Shown: positions 43,570 to 52,778 of the stretch, piece after piece | Layout of the letters: each line of letters starts with the position of its first letter | How positions within the stretch are numbered: the stretch's first letter is position 1 | Made by a program: the position numbers and the translations under genes | DNA from: an uncultured delta proteobacterium | Lineage (GTDB): Bacteria; Desulfobacterota; Binatia; DP-6 | Assembly: GCA_963815115.1 (NCBI GenBank) | Contig: CAWFFN010000012.1 | Coordinates: 224,001-288,000, forward strand | DNA: 64,000 bases | Reading direction: 5' to 3' | The notes under the pieces: generated by a model | Databases searched by the model: none | Seen by the model: only the letters and a program-made list of their open reading frames with translations | What the model was told of the DNA's origin: nothing

Positions 43570-46124
43570 CCGACAGCCAGCCGCACCGGTTGCTGCTCGC
43601 CGACGGCTCTGACCCGGCGCTCCGAGAGGAAGCGCGGCCGGACCACCTTGACCCACGCCGGCACGAGCACGAGGCCGCCGAAGGTGTTGAATATCATCAG
43701 GAGCGCCAGCAGCAGCCCCATCTCGGCCTGGAACTTCAGGTTCGAGAACCACCAGAACATGGTGCCCGCCAGCATGGTGGTGGCGGTGAAGATGATGGCC
43801 TTGCCGGTGGTCGCGGTCGCATAGTCGACCGCGTCGTCGATGTCGCGGCCCTCGTCCACGGCGTCGATCATGCGACTGAAGTGATAGATGCCGTAGTCCA
43901 CGCCGACGCCCGCACCCGCCGCCGCGATGGGCAGCGAGTTGACGTTGAGGTCGATGTGCCAGAGCCACATGAAGGCCTCGCAGGCGAGCTGCGAGAGCAC
44001 GACCGGGATCATGAGCAGCAACGTCGCCACCAGCGAGCCGTAGGTGAAGTAGAGACAGCACGCCACGGCGAACATCACCATCGCCAGCGTCGTCCAGTAC
44101 GAATCCTCGACCGCCTCGTTCACGGCCGCGAGGACACCGTAGAGGCCGCCCGCGAGCAGGAAATGCATGTTGTCGCTCGAGTGCTGCGCCGCCCAGTGCT
44201 TCGCGCTGTCGATGGCATTCATGATGATGTCGTGCGAGTAGCCGTGGAACAGCGTGATCACGGTGCCATAGCGGAAGTCCGACGATACGAAGCGGTCGAG
44301 GTCGCCCGGCGCGGACGTCTGGGTGAACTGGTAGAACAGCTCGGCGATGTACTTCTGCTTGTCGGGGATGAAGGCCCACTTGGGCTCGCCCTCGTGGAAG
44401 AGCCGCGAGAGCTGCTTCATGATGTCGACGATCGTCACCGACGCGCCGGCGCCCTCGACCGATTCCATGTGGTCGGCCAGCTCCTCCATGGTGGTGAGCG
44501 GCACCACGTCCTTCATGCCGCCTTCCTTGCCGGTGTCGGCGATGACGACGAGCGTGTTGGCGCCCTCGAACTTCTCGTTCAGCTTGGCGTAGGCCACGTT
44601 GTACGGGTGGTCCGGAAACAGCAGCGCCGCTCCCGGCGTCATGTCCCCGACCTTGAGGCGCCAGCCGAAGAACGGACAGACGAGGTAGAGAGCGACGGTG
44701 AGCCACACGCCGGCCCAGCGGCGCCAGCCGTTGCTGGCCGCGATGGTCCACTCGGTGAGCTTCCGGTAGATCACCTCGTGCCAGCGGTAGAGGGCGAGGG
44801 CGATCGCGATCATGATCCCGGTGCGCCACCAGCCGAGGAGCCGGTGCGCGATGTCGAGCGCGTAGACGGCGAAGACGAGCGCCGTGGCGGCGAGCACGGC
44901 GCGGCCGAGCCAGCGCGCCCACTCGGGAGCGTCGCTCTTCACCCCGGGCGGGTTCGTCACCGAGAGGATGATCGGGTGCAACGTCACCACGCTGACGATG
45001 ATCGAGACGATCCAGAAGCTCGAGAAGATCGCGCACTTCTGGATGAGCGGGATGGGGGCGATGGAGACCAGCAGGATCCCGATGCCGTCGCTCAGGACCG
45101 ACGCGATGGCCGGCGGGAAGAGGTGAGAGTACGACTCGACGATCGCCGTGTGCCGGTCGCCGGTGCGGTGGTACTCCTCGTGGTAGCGGTCCATCGACTG
45201 CACCGAGTGCGAGAGGGCGCGCGCCGAGAGGAAGATCGGAATCACCAGCACCAGCGGGTCGAGGTTGAGCCCCAGCAGAGGCACCATGCCGAGCGCCCAG
45301 ACGCTGGAGAGGATGCCGGAGAAGATCGGCACCCAGACGCCCGGCCAGCTCCGGAAGTAGTTCCAGAGCAGGAACGTGAGCGCGGCGACGGTGATGACGA
45401 ACACCTCGCCCACCTCCGGCACGTAGCGCTGGATCGAGGTGTACAGCCAGGGGAAGCCCGCGACGTAGACGGTGTGGTTGTCGTCCTCGAGCTGCTGTTT
45501 GAGGGTGGTGATACGGTCGTAGAGGTAGTTGAAGTCGAGCTCTTCCTCCCAGAAGCCCGCCGTCACGAGCGCCGCGGTGTCGTCCTCCGACACGTAGATG
45601 CCGCGGATGCCCTTGGTCGAGTACACGGCGAACTTGACGCGCTGGGCGTCCTCCATCGTCTGCGGGACGGTCGGGTAGAACACCTCGCGGATCTGGATCG
45701 CCCCCTGGGCATTGGTGATGCTCTTCATCTTCGGGTGCGCGATGGAGAGGATCTGATACGGCACCACGCCCTTGGTCTCGACCAGCGCCTTCGTGGCCTG
45801 GTCGATCTTCTGGAGCGTCGTCGGGTTGTAGATGTCACCGTGCTTGGTCTCGATCACCAGCGTGAGCACGTTGGCGCTCCCGAACATGCGCCGGAACTCG
45901 TTGTAGATCTTGATGTAGGGATGCCCCTCGCGCAGCGTGATCTCGTGGCCGAGGACACTGATCTTGAGTGGCCCGGGGTAGAAGTCGAGGAACTGCGGGA
46001 GCACCTTGATGTGGGTGCACTGGAGAGCGAAGAAGATCGTCATCGCGGCGGTGATGATCGTCACCACCAGCCGGTTGCGGAGCAGGAAGCGGAGATAGGC
46101 GGCGATCCAGCGCTTGGGAATCAT
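43566..46124 (-). CDS. MMPL/RND family transporter
   Basis: Two TM-periplasmic repeats; ARALSHSVQ, GVGVDYGIY, TGKAIIFTA, LKFQAEMG. Confidence 0.9.
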   Translation of the reverse strand: MIPKRWIAAYLRFLLRNRLVVTIITAAMTIFFALQCTHIKVLPQFLDFYPGPLKISVLGHEITLREGHPYIKIYNEFRRMFGSANVLTLVIETKHGDIYNPTTLQKIDQATKALVETKGVVPYQILSIAHPKMKSITNAQGAIQIREVFYPTVPQTMEDAQRVKFAVYSTKGIRGIYVSEDDTAALVTAGFWEEELDFNYLYDRITTLKQQLEDDNHTVYVAGFPWLYTSIQRYVPEVGEVFVITVAALTFLLWNYFRSWPGVWVPIFSGILSSVWALGMVPLLGLNLDPLVLVIPIFLSARALSHSVQSMDRYHEEYHRTGDRHTAIVESYSHLFPPAIASVLSDGIGILLVSIAPIPLIQKCAIFSSFWIVSIIVSVVTLHPIILSVTNPPGVKSDAPEWARWLGRAVLAATALVFAVYALDIAHRLLGWWRTGIMIAIALALYRWHEVIYRKLTEWTIAASNGWRRWAGVWLTVALYLVCPFFGWRLKVGDMTPGAALLFPDHPYNVAYAKLNEKFEGANTLVVIADTGKEGGMKDVVPLTTMEELADHMESVEGAGASVTIVDIMKQLSRLFHEGEPKWAFIPDKQKYIAELFYQFTQTSAPGDLDRFVSSDFRYGTVITLFHGYSHDIIMNAIDSAKHWAAQHSSDNMHFLLAGGLYGVLAAVNEAVEDSYWTTLAMVMFAVACCLYFTYGSLVATLLLMIPVVLSQLACEAFMWLWHIDLNVNSLPIAAAGAGVGVDYGIYHFSRMIDAVDEGRDIDDAVDYATATTGKAIIFTATTMLAGTMFWWFSNLKFQAEMGLLLALLMIFNTFGGLVLVPAWVKVVRPRFLSERRVRAVGEQQPVRLAVG

Positions 46125-47134
46125 GAAGTCCTCGTGGCGGACGCGGCGTGGGCGCCGAGCTGCTTCACGTTCGAGCCGTCGACGCGGAGGACGAGACCTT
46201 CCGAGCCCACGGCCAGCCCGTGGCCTCCGGGCGCGAGCCAGATGGAGCGGATCCAGTTGGCGGCGAACTGGAGCGGCAGCGGCTCGACCGCCCAGGTGGC
46301 GCCGCCGTCGGCGGTCTTGAGCACCGTGCCCTGATCGCCCACGATCCAGCCCTGCTGTCCGCGGACGAAGACGTCGAACAGCGAGCGGCCCTGAACCGGC
46401 GGCGGGACGGGGGACCAGGTGGCGCCGCCGTTCTCGGTGCGCAGGATGACCGAGTCGAGACCGACGGCGATGCCGTGCTGCGGGTCGCTGAACCGCACGC
46501 CGAAGAGCGTGCTCTCCACCGGCGTGGTCTGCTGGTGCCAGGTACGACCGCCGTCCTGGCTCGCGAGGACGACGCCGAACTCCCCGACCTGCCAGGCGTG
46601 ATCGGCGTCGCCGAAGCTGAGGCCGTAGAGGTTGACGTCGCCGGGCTCCACCCCGGTGTCGAGCGCGCTCTCCGGCAGCTTGACGTCCTCCCCGACCCGC
46701 GTCGCCGTCCAGGTGGCGCCGCCGTCCTCGGTGTGGATCATGGTGCCGAAGTCGCCGGCGCCATGGCCGCGCTGCGCGGTGGGAAACTCGAGCGCGAAGA
46801 CGTGGCGCTGCGAGCCGGTGTTCTGCTGTGTCCAGGTGGCGCCGGCATCCTTGGTGGCATAGACGACGCCTTCCTTGCCGGCGATCCAGGCCGTCTTGGC
46901 GTCGAGGCAGCTCATGGCGAGGAAGGGGCGCTTGGTGTGCGCGTCCTGCTGCTCCCAGGTGACGCCGCCGTCGCGGGTGCGGAAGATGCGTCCCAGCTCG
47001 CCCACCATCCACCCTTCCTGATCGCTCGGGAAGCAGGTGGCGAAGAGGTTCTGGTGGACGTCGGCCAGGTCGACCGGCGCCGCCCAGGCACCCGCCGCGC
47101 AGGCGACGGCGAGCGCGGCGACGACGACTTTCAT
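46121..47134 (-). CDS. YCF48-related beta-propeller (BNR repeats), secreted
   Basis: GAGGAGG RBS, signal peptide, seven (T/S)x(D/N)(G/A)GxTW repeats, VGExG motifs. Confidence 0.88.
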   Translation of the reverse strand: MKVVVAALAVACAAGAWAAPVDLADVHQNLFATCFPSDQEGWMVGELGRIFRTRDGGVTWEQQDAHTKRPFLAMSCLDAKTAWIAGKEGVVYATKDAGATWTQQNTGSQRHVFALEFPTAQRGHGAGDFGTMIHTEDGGATWTATRVGEDVKLPESALDTGVEPGDVNLYGLSFGDADHAWQVGEFGVVLASQDGGRTWHQQTTPVESTLFGVRFSDPQHGIAVGLDSVILRTENGGATWSPVPPPVQGRSLFDVFVRGQQGWIVGDQGTVLKTADGGATWAVEPLPLQFAANWIRSIWLAPGGHGLAVGSEGLVLRVDGSNVKQLGAHAASATRTS

Positions 47135-47285
47135 GCGGACCCTCCTCGATGCTCGGGCACGGCCCGTGCAGATCTCGAGATTGTACCGCACGGTCAGTTC
47201 CGGCCTTTACCCGCGGGCGGGGGAAAGTGTCAACGGCGTGCTGCGTCAGACGACACGATCCGAACCCCTGCCGGACCTCAGCCGG

Positions 47286-49139
47286 TCAGAAGACGTACTC
47301 GACCTGGAAGCGAAGGTTGTCCTTGTCGCGCACGGCACCGAACTGCTGCGCCGCCACCGACTGGACCGCCGTGTAGTCCATGGTGACCCGGAACGGGTCG
47401 CGAACGTAGGTGACGCCGGGCTGGAAGACCATGCCGCCGACCCAGTCGTAGAACATGCCGAAGGACGGCACGATGCGTCCTCCGGAATACGACGTGGTGA
47501 TGAGGAGCGTCTGGAGGATCTCGTTGTCCTTGAGCGGGTAGAAGCGCGGACTGAGCTGACATGCGCGACGATTGTTCTTCGGCCCGCAGCTGTTGCCGAG
47601 GAGAATGATGTCCTTGTTCACCGGGAGATTCCGATATGGCGTCGGCAGCACGAGATCCCCGGGGGAATCGAAGATGTGCTTGTAGAAGAGCTGCGTCGAG
47701 AAGAAGAACGTCTGGGTCGGGTTCAGCCACCGGATGAAGCGGTTCACGTCCAGGCCGACCGACATGTTGAAGCTGTTCAGCGTCAGCACCTGTCCAAAGT
47801 ACGGCTTGGTGCGGGTCAGATCCAGGAAGCGCGGGTAGACGAAGGGGTTGACGCCGCCATCGGTGTTGTCTGCCGCACGCAGCCGCCTCGTCCCGGGAGT
47901 GTTCGGTCCGGCGGTGGAATCGCCGGTGTCGCCCACGCCCTGGCGGCTGAACGGCTGGTGCGCGAAGTACGCGATCTCCGAGCGCACGATGGTGTAGAGC
48001 GACGGGATCGGGAACGTCGCCGAGCCGCCGGTGATGGCGACGCGGGGGAAGCGCTGGTAGGCCAGGATCGGGTTCTGGAAGCTCGGAGTCGGTCCGATCG
48101 TGGTGCCGTTCGGGAGCGTGCGCAGCCCGGGTATGCGAAACTGCGTTCCCGGGACGTCGAGGTAGGTGTAGTAGTGCGCCAGCGTCCAGGTGACGTCCTT
48201 GGCGGTGAACACCAGCCGACCGCCGCCCCGGACGTCGGTCCCGGAGGGCGCGGCGATGATCTGGCGGACCGCCGGGTTCGGGAAGCCGATGCCGCCCGGG
48301 ATCCACGTCGAGCCGGGCGGGATGCCCGGATCCGTGGCGACCTTGTCGCCCTGGGCGACGAATCCCTCCGCGAAGGCGTCCTGGAAGGGGCCGTAGGAGC
48401 CGATTTGCCAGCTCGCGCGCACCATTCCGACCGGCACGCGGCGCTCGTCGAGCGCGATGAAGAAGCCGCCGAAGCTGTCGTCGAGCGGGTTGATGTTGTC
48501 GAGCAGGCGGAAGACGTCCGTCTCGCCCCAGGCGAGCACCTGCCTGCCGATACGGACGAAGAGAGGGCCCTTCTCGAAGTCGAGGTAGGCGAGAAACAAA
48601 CGGTAGCGCTGCTGGGCGTTGCGCAGCAGGCGGTCGACGCGGTCCTTGATGAACGGCTCCGTCAGCTTGGGGGAGAGCCCGAGGGGCTTGAACGTCGGCA
48701 CGTCGAGTCGCGTTCTGCGCAGGCCGGCGGCTTGCTCGCTGTACTCGTTCGGACCCCACTGGTAGAGCCCCTCGCCCTCGCCGCGGAACTCCAGGGTGTA
48801 GCGCAGCGAGGTGGGGTTGATCAGCCGGAAGGGCGCGAGGAGGCCCCGGCTCTGGTTCGCCAGGCGGGTGAGGTCGTGGTCCCAGTGGATCTGGAGGAAA
48901 AAGCGATCCTGTCGCAGATGGCCGACACCCGAGACCGGGTAGTTGAGCGGGTTGTCGTCGTTCCCGATCTCGTTCGTGCCGACGCGTACCGCCGTGTATG
49001 CCCGCAGGCCGAGCCGCATCTCGCCCCGGTCGTCCAGGGTGAGCGCCGAGCTCGACCGGGTGCCGGACAGCACCGCGAGCGCGGTGAGCGCCACCGTCAG
49101 GAGTCGTCCCTTGAGCCGCCTGGCCAGGACCGTCGTCAT
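47286..49139 (-). CDS. DUF1302 family outer membrane beta-barrel protein (paralog 2)
   Basis: Signal peptide; RIGRQVLAWGETD, LDNINPLD, LDERRVP; C-terminal LRFQVEYVF beta signal. Confidence 0.82.
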   Translation of the reverse strand: MTTVLARRLKGRLLTVALTALAVLSGTRSSSALTLDDRGEMRLGLRAYTAVRVGTNEIGNDDNPLNYPVSGVGHLRQDRFFLQIHWDHDLTRLANQSRGLLAPFRLINPTSLRYTLEFRGEGEGLYQWGPNEYSEQAAGLRRTRLDVPTFKPLGLSPKLTEPFIKDRVDRLLRNAQQRYRLFLAYLDFEKGPLFVRIGRQVLAWGETDVFRLLDNINPLDDSFGGFFIALDERRVPVGMVRASWQIGSYGPFQDAFAEGFVAQGDKVATDPGIPPGSTWIPGGIGFPNPAVRQIIAAPSGTDVRGGGRLVFTAKDVTWTLAHYYTYLDVPGTQFRIPGLRTLPNGTTIGPTPSFQNPILAYQRFPRVAITGGSATFPIPSLYTIVRSEIAYFAHQPFSRQGVGDTGDSTAGPNTPGTRRLRAADNTDGGVNPFVYPRFLDLTRTKPYFGQVLTLNSFNMSVGLDVNRFIRWLNPTQTFFFSTQLFYKHIFDSPGDLVLPTPYRNLPVNKDIILLGNSCGPKNNRRACQLSPRFYPLKDNEILQTLLITTSYSGGRIVPSFGMFYDWVGGMVFQPGVTYVRDPFRVTMDYTAVQSVAAQQFGAVRDKDNLRFQVEYVF

Positions 49140-49191
49140 TCCCCCACCTCCGACGAAGGCGGATGAGCCGCGCTGTTTGTAAGGCCGCGGC

Positions 49192-49221
49192 GTTATAAGA
49201 AAGCGCGCACGAAGGTGTCAA
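49192..49221 (-). promoter_or_regulatory. Sigma70 promoter of the DUF1302 operon
   Basis: Minus strand TTGACA-N18-TATAAC. Confidence 0.7.
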
Positions 49222-49263
49222 GAACGTCGGCTCGGCAGGCGCGCCCGGAGCGCGCGAACGGCC

Positions 49264-50295
49264 TCACCAGGCGCGCGTCTCGCCGATCGCCGGGGTCCAG
49301 ATACGCGCCGCGTCGATGCCGCGGCGCGCTGCCTCTGCGTGGAACCGGCGGGGCGGCTCGTCGAGCGGCTCGTCGGTCAGGTCGAAGGTGCCGTAGTGGA
49401 TGCCGAGCATGCGCCGGGCGCCCACGTCGACGCCGGCCTGCAGCGCCTCTTCGGGATTGAGATGCACCGGCTGCATCATCGCAGGCGGGTCGTAGGCGCC
49501 GATCGGCAACGCCGCCAGGTCGAAGGGGCCGAGGCGCGCCCGGATGTCGGCGAAGGAGCGCGTGGAGCCGGTGTCGCCGGCGAAGTAGAAGCGGTGCGTC
49601 GGCCCCACCGCGACCCAGCCCGACCAGAGCGACCGGTTCATGTCGCTCAGCCCGCGCTGGCTCCAGTGGCGAGCCGGCACGCAGGTGATGGTCACGCCGC
49701 CGACCACGCGGGACTCCCACCAGTCGAGCTCGTCGACCGGCCCGATCCCCTCGTCGCGCAGCAGCTCGGCGACGCGAAGCGGCACGAAGAAGCGGGTGCC
49801 GCGTGCGGCCAGCGCCCGCAGGGTCGGGAGGTCGAGATGGTCGTAGTGGCTGTGCGAGATCAGCACCGCGTCGACGGGGGGCAGCGCCGCCAGCGGCATG
49901 GGCGGCGGGACGAAGCGGCGCGGACCGAGGAACGACACCGGGCTCGCCGTGGACGACCAGATGGGATCGGTGAGCAGGGTCACGTGGTCCATCTGCACCA
50001 GCACGCTGGCGTGGCCCATCCAGGTGACGCTGGGGGCGCTGTGGCGCGCGTTGTCGCGCAGCCAGGCGCCGTCGTTGGCCGCGACGGGCGGCGCACCCGG
50101 GCGCGCGAAGAACGCCCCGACGGCGCGGCGCAGGAAGAAGGGCACGGTGACCAGCGGTCCGGCGCGCTGCCAGGGCTCCAGGTTGCGGAACCCGCCGTCG
50201 ACGTGATGCGGCTGATCCTCCATCGCCATGGCCGTCCCCGTCAGCGCGCAGAGGGCGATCGCCACGACGCTCCGCGCCAGATGCCCGACGTGCAC
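49264..50295 (-). CDS. MBL-fold metallohydrolase (NAPE-PLD/RomA-like), secreted
   Basis: WMGHAS, LTDPIWS, ISHSHYDHLD, ELDWW, PARHWS, FAGDTG, PIGAY, IHYGTF. Confidence 0.9.
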   Translation of the reverse strand: MHVGHLARSVVAIALCALTGTAMAMEDQPHHVDGGFRNLEPWQRAGPLVTVPFFLRRAVGAFFARPGAPPVAANDGAWLRDNARHSAPSVTWMGHASVLVQMDHVTLLTDPIWSSTASPVSFLGPRRFVPPPMPLAALPPVDAVLISHSHYDHLDLPTLRALAARGTRFFVPLRVAELLRDEGIGPVDELDWWESRVVGGVTITCVPARHWSQRGLSDMNRSLWSGWVAVGPTHRFYFAGDTGSTRSFADIRARLGPFDLAALPIGAYDPPAMMQPVHLNPEEALQAGVDVGARRMLGIHYGTFDLTDEPLDEPPRRFHAEAARRGIDAARIWTPAIGETRAW

Positions 50296-50398
50296 GGCCA
50301 GGAGCTAGCCGCTCCGCGCCGCCGTGTCACCCGGTCGCGGGTGCGGGCGGTTCCTGCGGCGCCGGGGTTGCTCGCGAGGGCGCTGCTCCGGAGCGCGA

Positions 50399-51883
50399 TC
50401 AGCGTGGCTCCACCAGGGCGAGCACGGCTCGCGGCCGGCGCTCCTGGCGCACGATGCGGCCGCCGGCGGAGAGCGCCGTGAGGATGCGCTCCTCGTCACC
50501 CGGCGAGAGGCGCGAGGCGACGAACCAGACACGGCTGCCGCCGGCGAGGGCGCGGGCCACCGGCTCCTCGACGTTGTCGCCGCGCACCACGATCACCGCC
50601 GGGTCGTCGAGGGCGACGATGAAGCCGTTGGCGAGCGCGGGCGCGGGGATCAGCACGGGCGACTTCGCGCCGTAGTAACCCCAGACGAACGCGCTGCGCT
50701 CGTAGAGCAGCACCCGGTCGCCCGGTCGTCGCTCGATCTCGAGCTCGCGCATCAGGGGCCCGACATCCTCGGCGAACGCCGGACGAGCCACCCCCGAGAC
50801 GCGGCCCCGGACGACCGCCACGGCGAGCAGCGCGACCACGGCGAGCGCGAGGGGCCGCAACGCGGCGCGCGGCCACAGCCCCGCGACGACGCGTCCGGCG
50901 GCAGCGCCGGTCGTCACCAGGAGCAGGGTGGAGAGGAAGAGGTTGGTACGCTGGACGCCGAGGGGAAACAGGTCCGCGAGCGACAGCACGACGAGCTCGC
51001 CGACGAGCAGCAGCAGGGCGAGCGCGGCCAGGCGGCCGTCTCGAGTCGCGAGGAGGATGACGAGCCCCGCGAGTGCGAGCCAGACGCCATGGGGTCCGAG
51101 TGCTGGCGTGAGCAACTGGTTGGCGCTCGCGTACAGGAAGGCGCCCAGCGCATGGGCGCCCGAGCGGGGCGCGTACTGCGCCTGCCAGTAGGCGTGCATC
51201 GCGGGCGTGAGCCACGGACGCACCAGCACGGCGAACCACGCCAGGTTCCAGAGCCCGACCGCGGCGGCTGCGAGCGCGATGCGCCGCCACCCCGCCCGGT
51301 CGCGCGCCAGCAGCGCGCCGCCGGCGAGCACCGCGAGGAGCGGCGGGGCGATGACCAGCTGCGTGTTCGAGAGCGTCACGCCGAGGGCGAGGACGGCAAC
51401 GAGAACGGCCACGTCGACCCCGCGCCCCCTCCGGGAGACGGCGATGGCGGCGAGGAAGGCGAGCAGCGCCAGGGCGGCCTCGGCGCTGTAGTGCTTCAGC
51501 TGCTGCGCCCAGGTGACCGAGACCGGATCCAGCGCCACCAGCGCGAGGGCGAGCAGTCCACCTGCCGGGTGGCCTGCGAGACGGCGGCCGAGCCGCCAGG
51601 CGAGCCACATGGTCAGCAGCCCGAACGCCAGGGCGAGCACCCGCAGCGACACCTCCGGCGGACCCACCAGCGCGAGCGGCCGCAGCAACACGCCCCACAG
51701 GAGCGGCGTGACGCAGAGCGCGAGCAGGAGCTGCCGGGTGCCCTCGACACGCGTGGAGATTGCGACCCAGGCCTCGTCGTTCCAGAAGCCGTACTGTCCG
51801 AAGCCCCAGACACGGAGCGCGACGCCGATCAGCCCGATCGCCCACGCGAGCTTCCCGATCTCCGATCCTCTTCCGGCGGGCAT
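50399..51883 (-). CDS. Glycosyltransferase family 39 / PMT-like membrane protein
   Basis: FWNDEAW, PEVSLR, QQLKHYS; multiple TM segments. Confidence 0.8.
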   Translation of the reverse strand: MPAGRGSEIGKLAWAIGLIGVALRVWGFGQYGFWNDEAWVAISTRVEGTRQLLLALCVTPLLWGVLLRPLALVGPPEVSLRVLALAFGLLTMWLAWRLGRRLAGHPAGGLLALALVALDPVSVTWAQQLKHYSAEAALALLAFLAAIAVSRRGRGVDVAVLVAVLALGVTLSNTQLVIAPPLLAVLAGGALLARDRAGWRRIALAAAAVGLWNLAWFAVLVRPWLTPAMHAYWQAQYAPRSGAHALGAFLYASANQLLTPALGPHGVWLALAGLVILLATRDGRLAALALLLLVGELVVLSLADLFPLGVQRTNLFLSTLLLVTTGAAAGRVVAGLWPRAALRPLALAVVALLAVAVVRGRVSGVARPAFAEDVGPLMRELEIERRPGDRVLLYERSAFVWGYYGAKSPVLIPAPALANGFIVALDDPAVIVVRGDNVEEPVARALAGGSRVWFVASRLSPGDEERILTALSAGGRIVRQERRPRAVLALVEPR

Positions 51884-51966
51884 GCTCCGGCGGCGTATAG
51901 CGAGCCGTTGCCCACGGCCGCCACCGCCGCACGGCGCCCTCGCCGACCCCCTCGTCGAGCCTGCGG

Positions 51967-51995
51967 TTGAGCCTGCACTCGGACTGCAATAAGTT
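51967..51995 (+). promoter_or_regulatory. TetR promoter with overlapping TGCA-N7-TGCA operator
   Basis: TTGAGC-N17-TAAGTT; the spacer is CTGCACTCGGACTGCAA. Confidence 0.55.
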
Positions 51996-52004
51996 CCGGC
52001 CGGC

Positions 52005-52619
52005 ATGACGTCGGCTCCCTCTCTGGCGTCCTTCAACGAGATGGACGGACGGCTCGCGCGCGGAGCGCGCGCTCGTGCCGCCATCGTCGATGCGCTCTTC
52101 GCGCTCATCGAGGAGGGCGACCTCCGGCCCAGCGCCGCCCGCATCGCCGAGCGGGCCGGCGTCTCCCTGCGCTCGGTGTTCCAGCACTTCAAGGACGTCG
52201 AGTCGCTGTTCGCGGCCCTGGCCGACCGGCAGCGAGAACGGCTGGCACCTCTCGCGGCGCGCGTCCCCGGCGACGGCCCGCTGTCGAAGCGTCTCGATGC
52301 GTTCGTCGCGACGCGGGCGCGCCTCCTCGAGGTCATCGCACCGCTGCGGCGCGCCGCGCTTCTGATGGAGCCGTTCTCGCACGAGCTCGGCGCGCGCCTG
52401 GCGGCATTCCGCCGCTTGAAGGCCGAGGAGGTGCGGCGTGTCTTCGCGCCCGAGCTGGCGCGCCGCTCGCCCGCCGCCCGCCGCCGCCTCCTCGCCGCAC
52501 TCGTCGCCGCGTCGAGCTGGAGCACCTGGCAGGCCCTGCGCGACCATCAGGGGCTGTCGCGCGCCGAGGCGCGGCACGTGCTCCACCACACCCTCGGCGC
52601 GTTGCTCGAGGCCCGCTGA
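52005..52619 (+). CDS. TetR/AcrR family regulator
   Basis: DGRLARG...AIVDAL, PSAARIAERAGVSLRSVFQHFKDVESL. Confidence 0.9.
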   Translation: MTSAPSLASFNEMDGRLARGARARAAIVDALFALIEEGDLRPSAARIAERAGVSLRSVFQHFKDVESLFAALADRQRERLAPLAARVPGDGPLSKRLDAFVATRARLLEVIAPLRRAALLMEPFSHELGARLAAFRRLKAEEVRRVFAPELARRSPAARRRLLAALVAASSWSTWQALRDHQGLSRAEARHVLHHTLGALLEAR

Positions 52620-52768
52620 TGGATCGGCTGCGAGCCGGCGCCGACCGGGTGCTCCTGCGCATTCCCGGGGGCGCGCGGCAGGCGCACGCGACGATCGCCG
52701 GCGGTGGACACTTCCTCCGGGGCGAGGAGCTGGCGCGCGTGGTGGCCGGCGTCGTGGCGAGCAGCTAG
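52619..52768 (+). pseudogene. Internally deleted haloalkane dehalogenase-like remnant (49 aa)
   Basis: MDRLR-AGADRVLLRIPGGARQAHATIAGGGHFLRGEELARVV*; resembles the C-terminal catalytic-His region of haloalkane dehalogenases; ATG overlaps the TetR stop. Confidence 0.6.
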
Positions 52769-52778
52769 GAGAACGACA

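Noticed and set aside
46121-47134. YCF48 as evidence of photosystem II
   Set aside because: Generic BNR beta-propeller in transporter context; no photosynthesis genes
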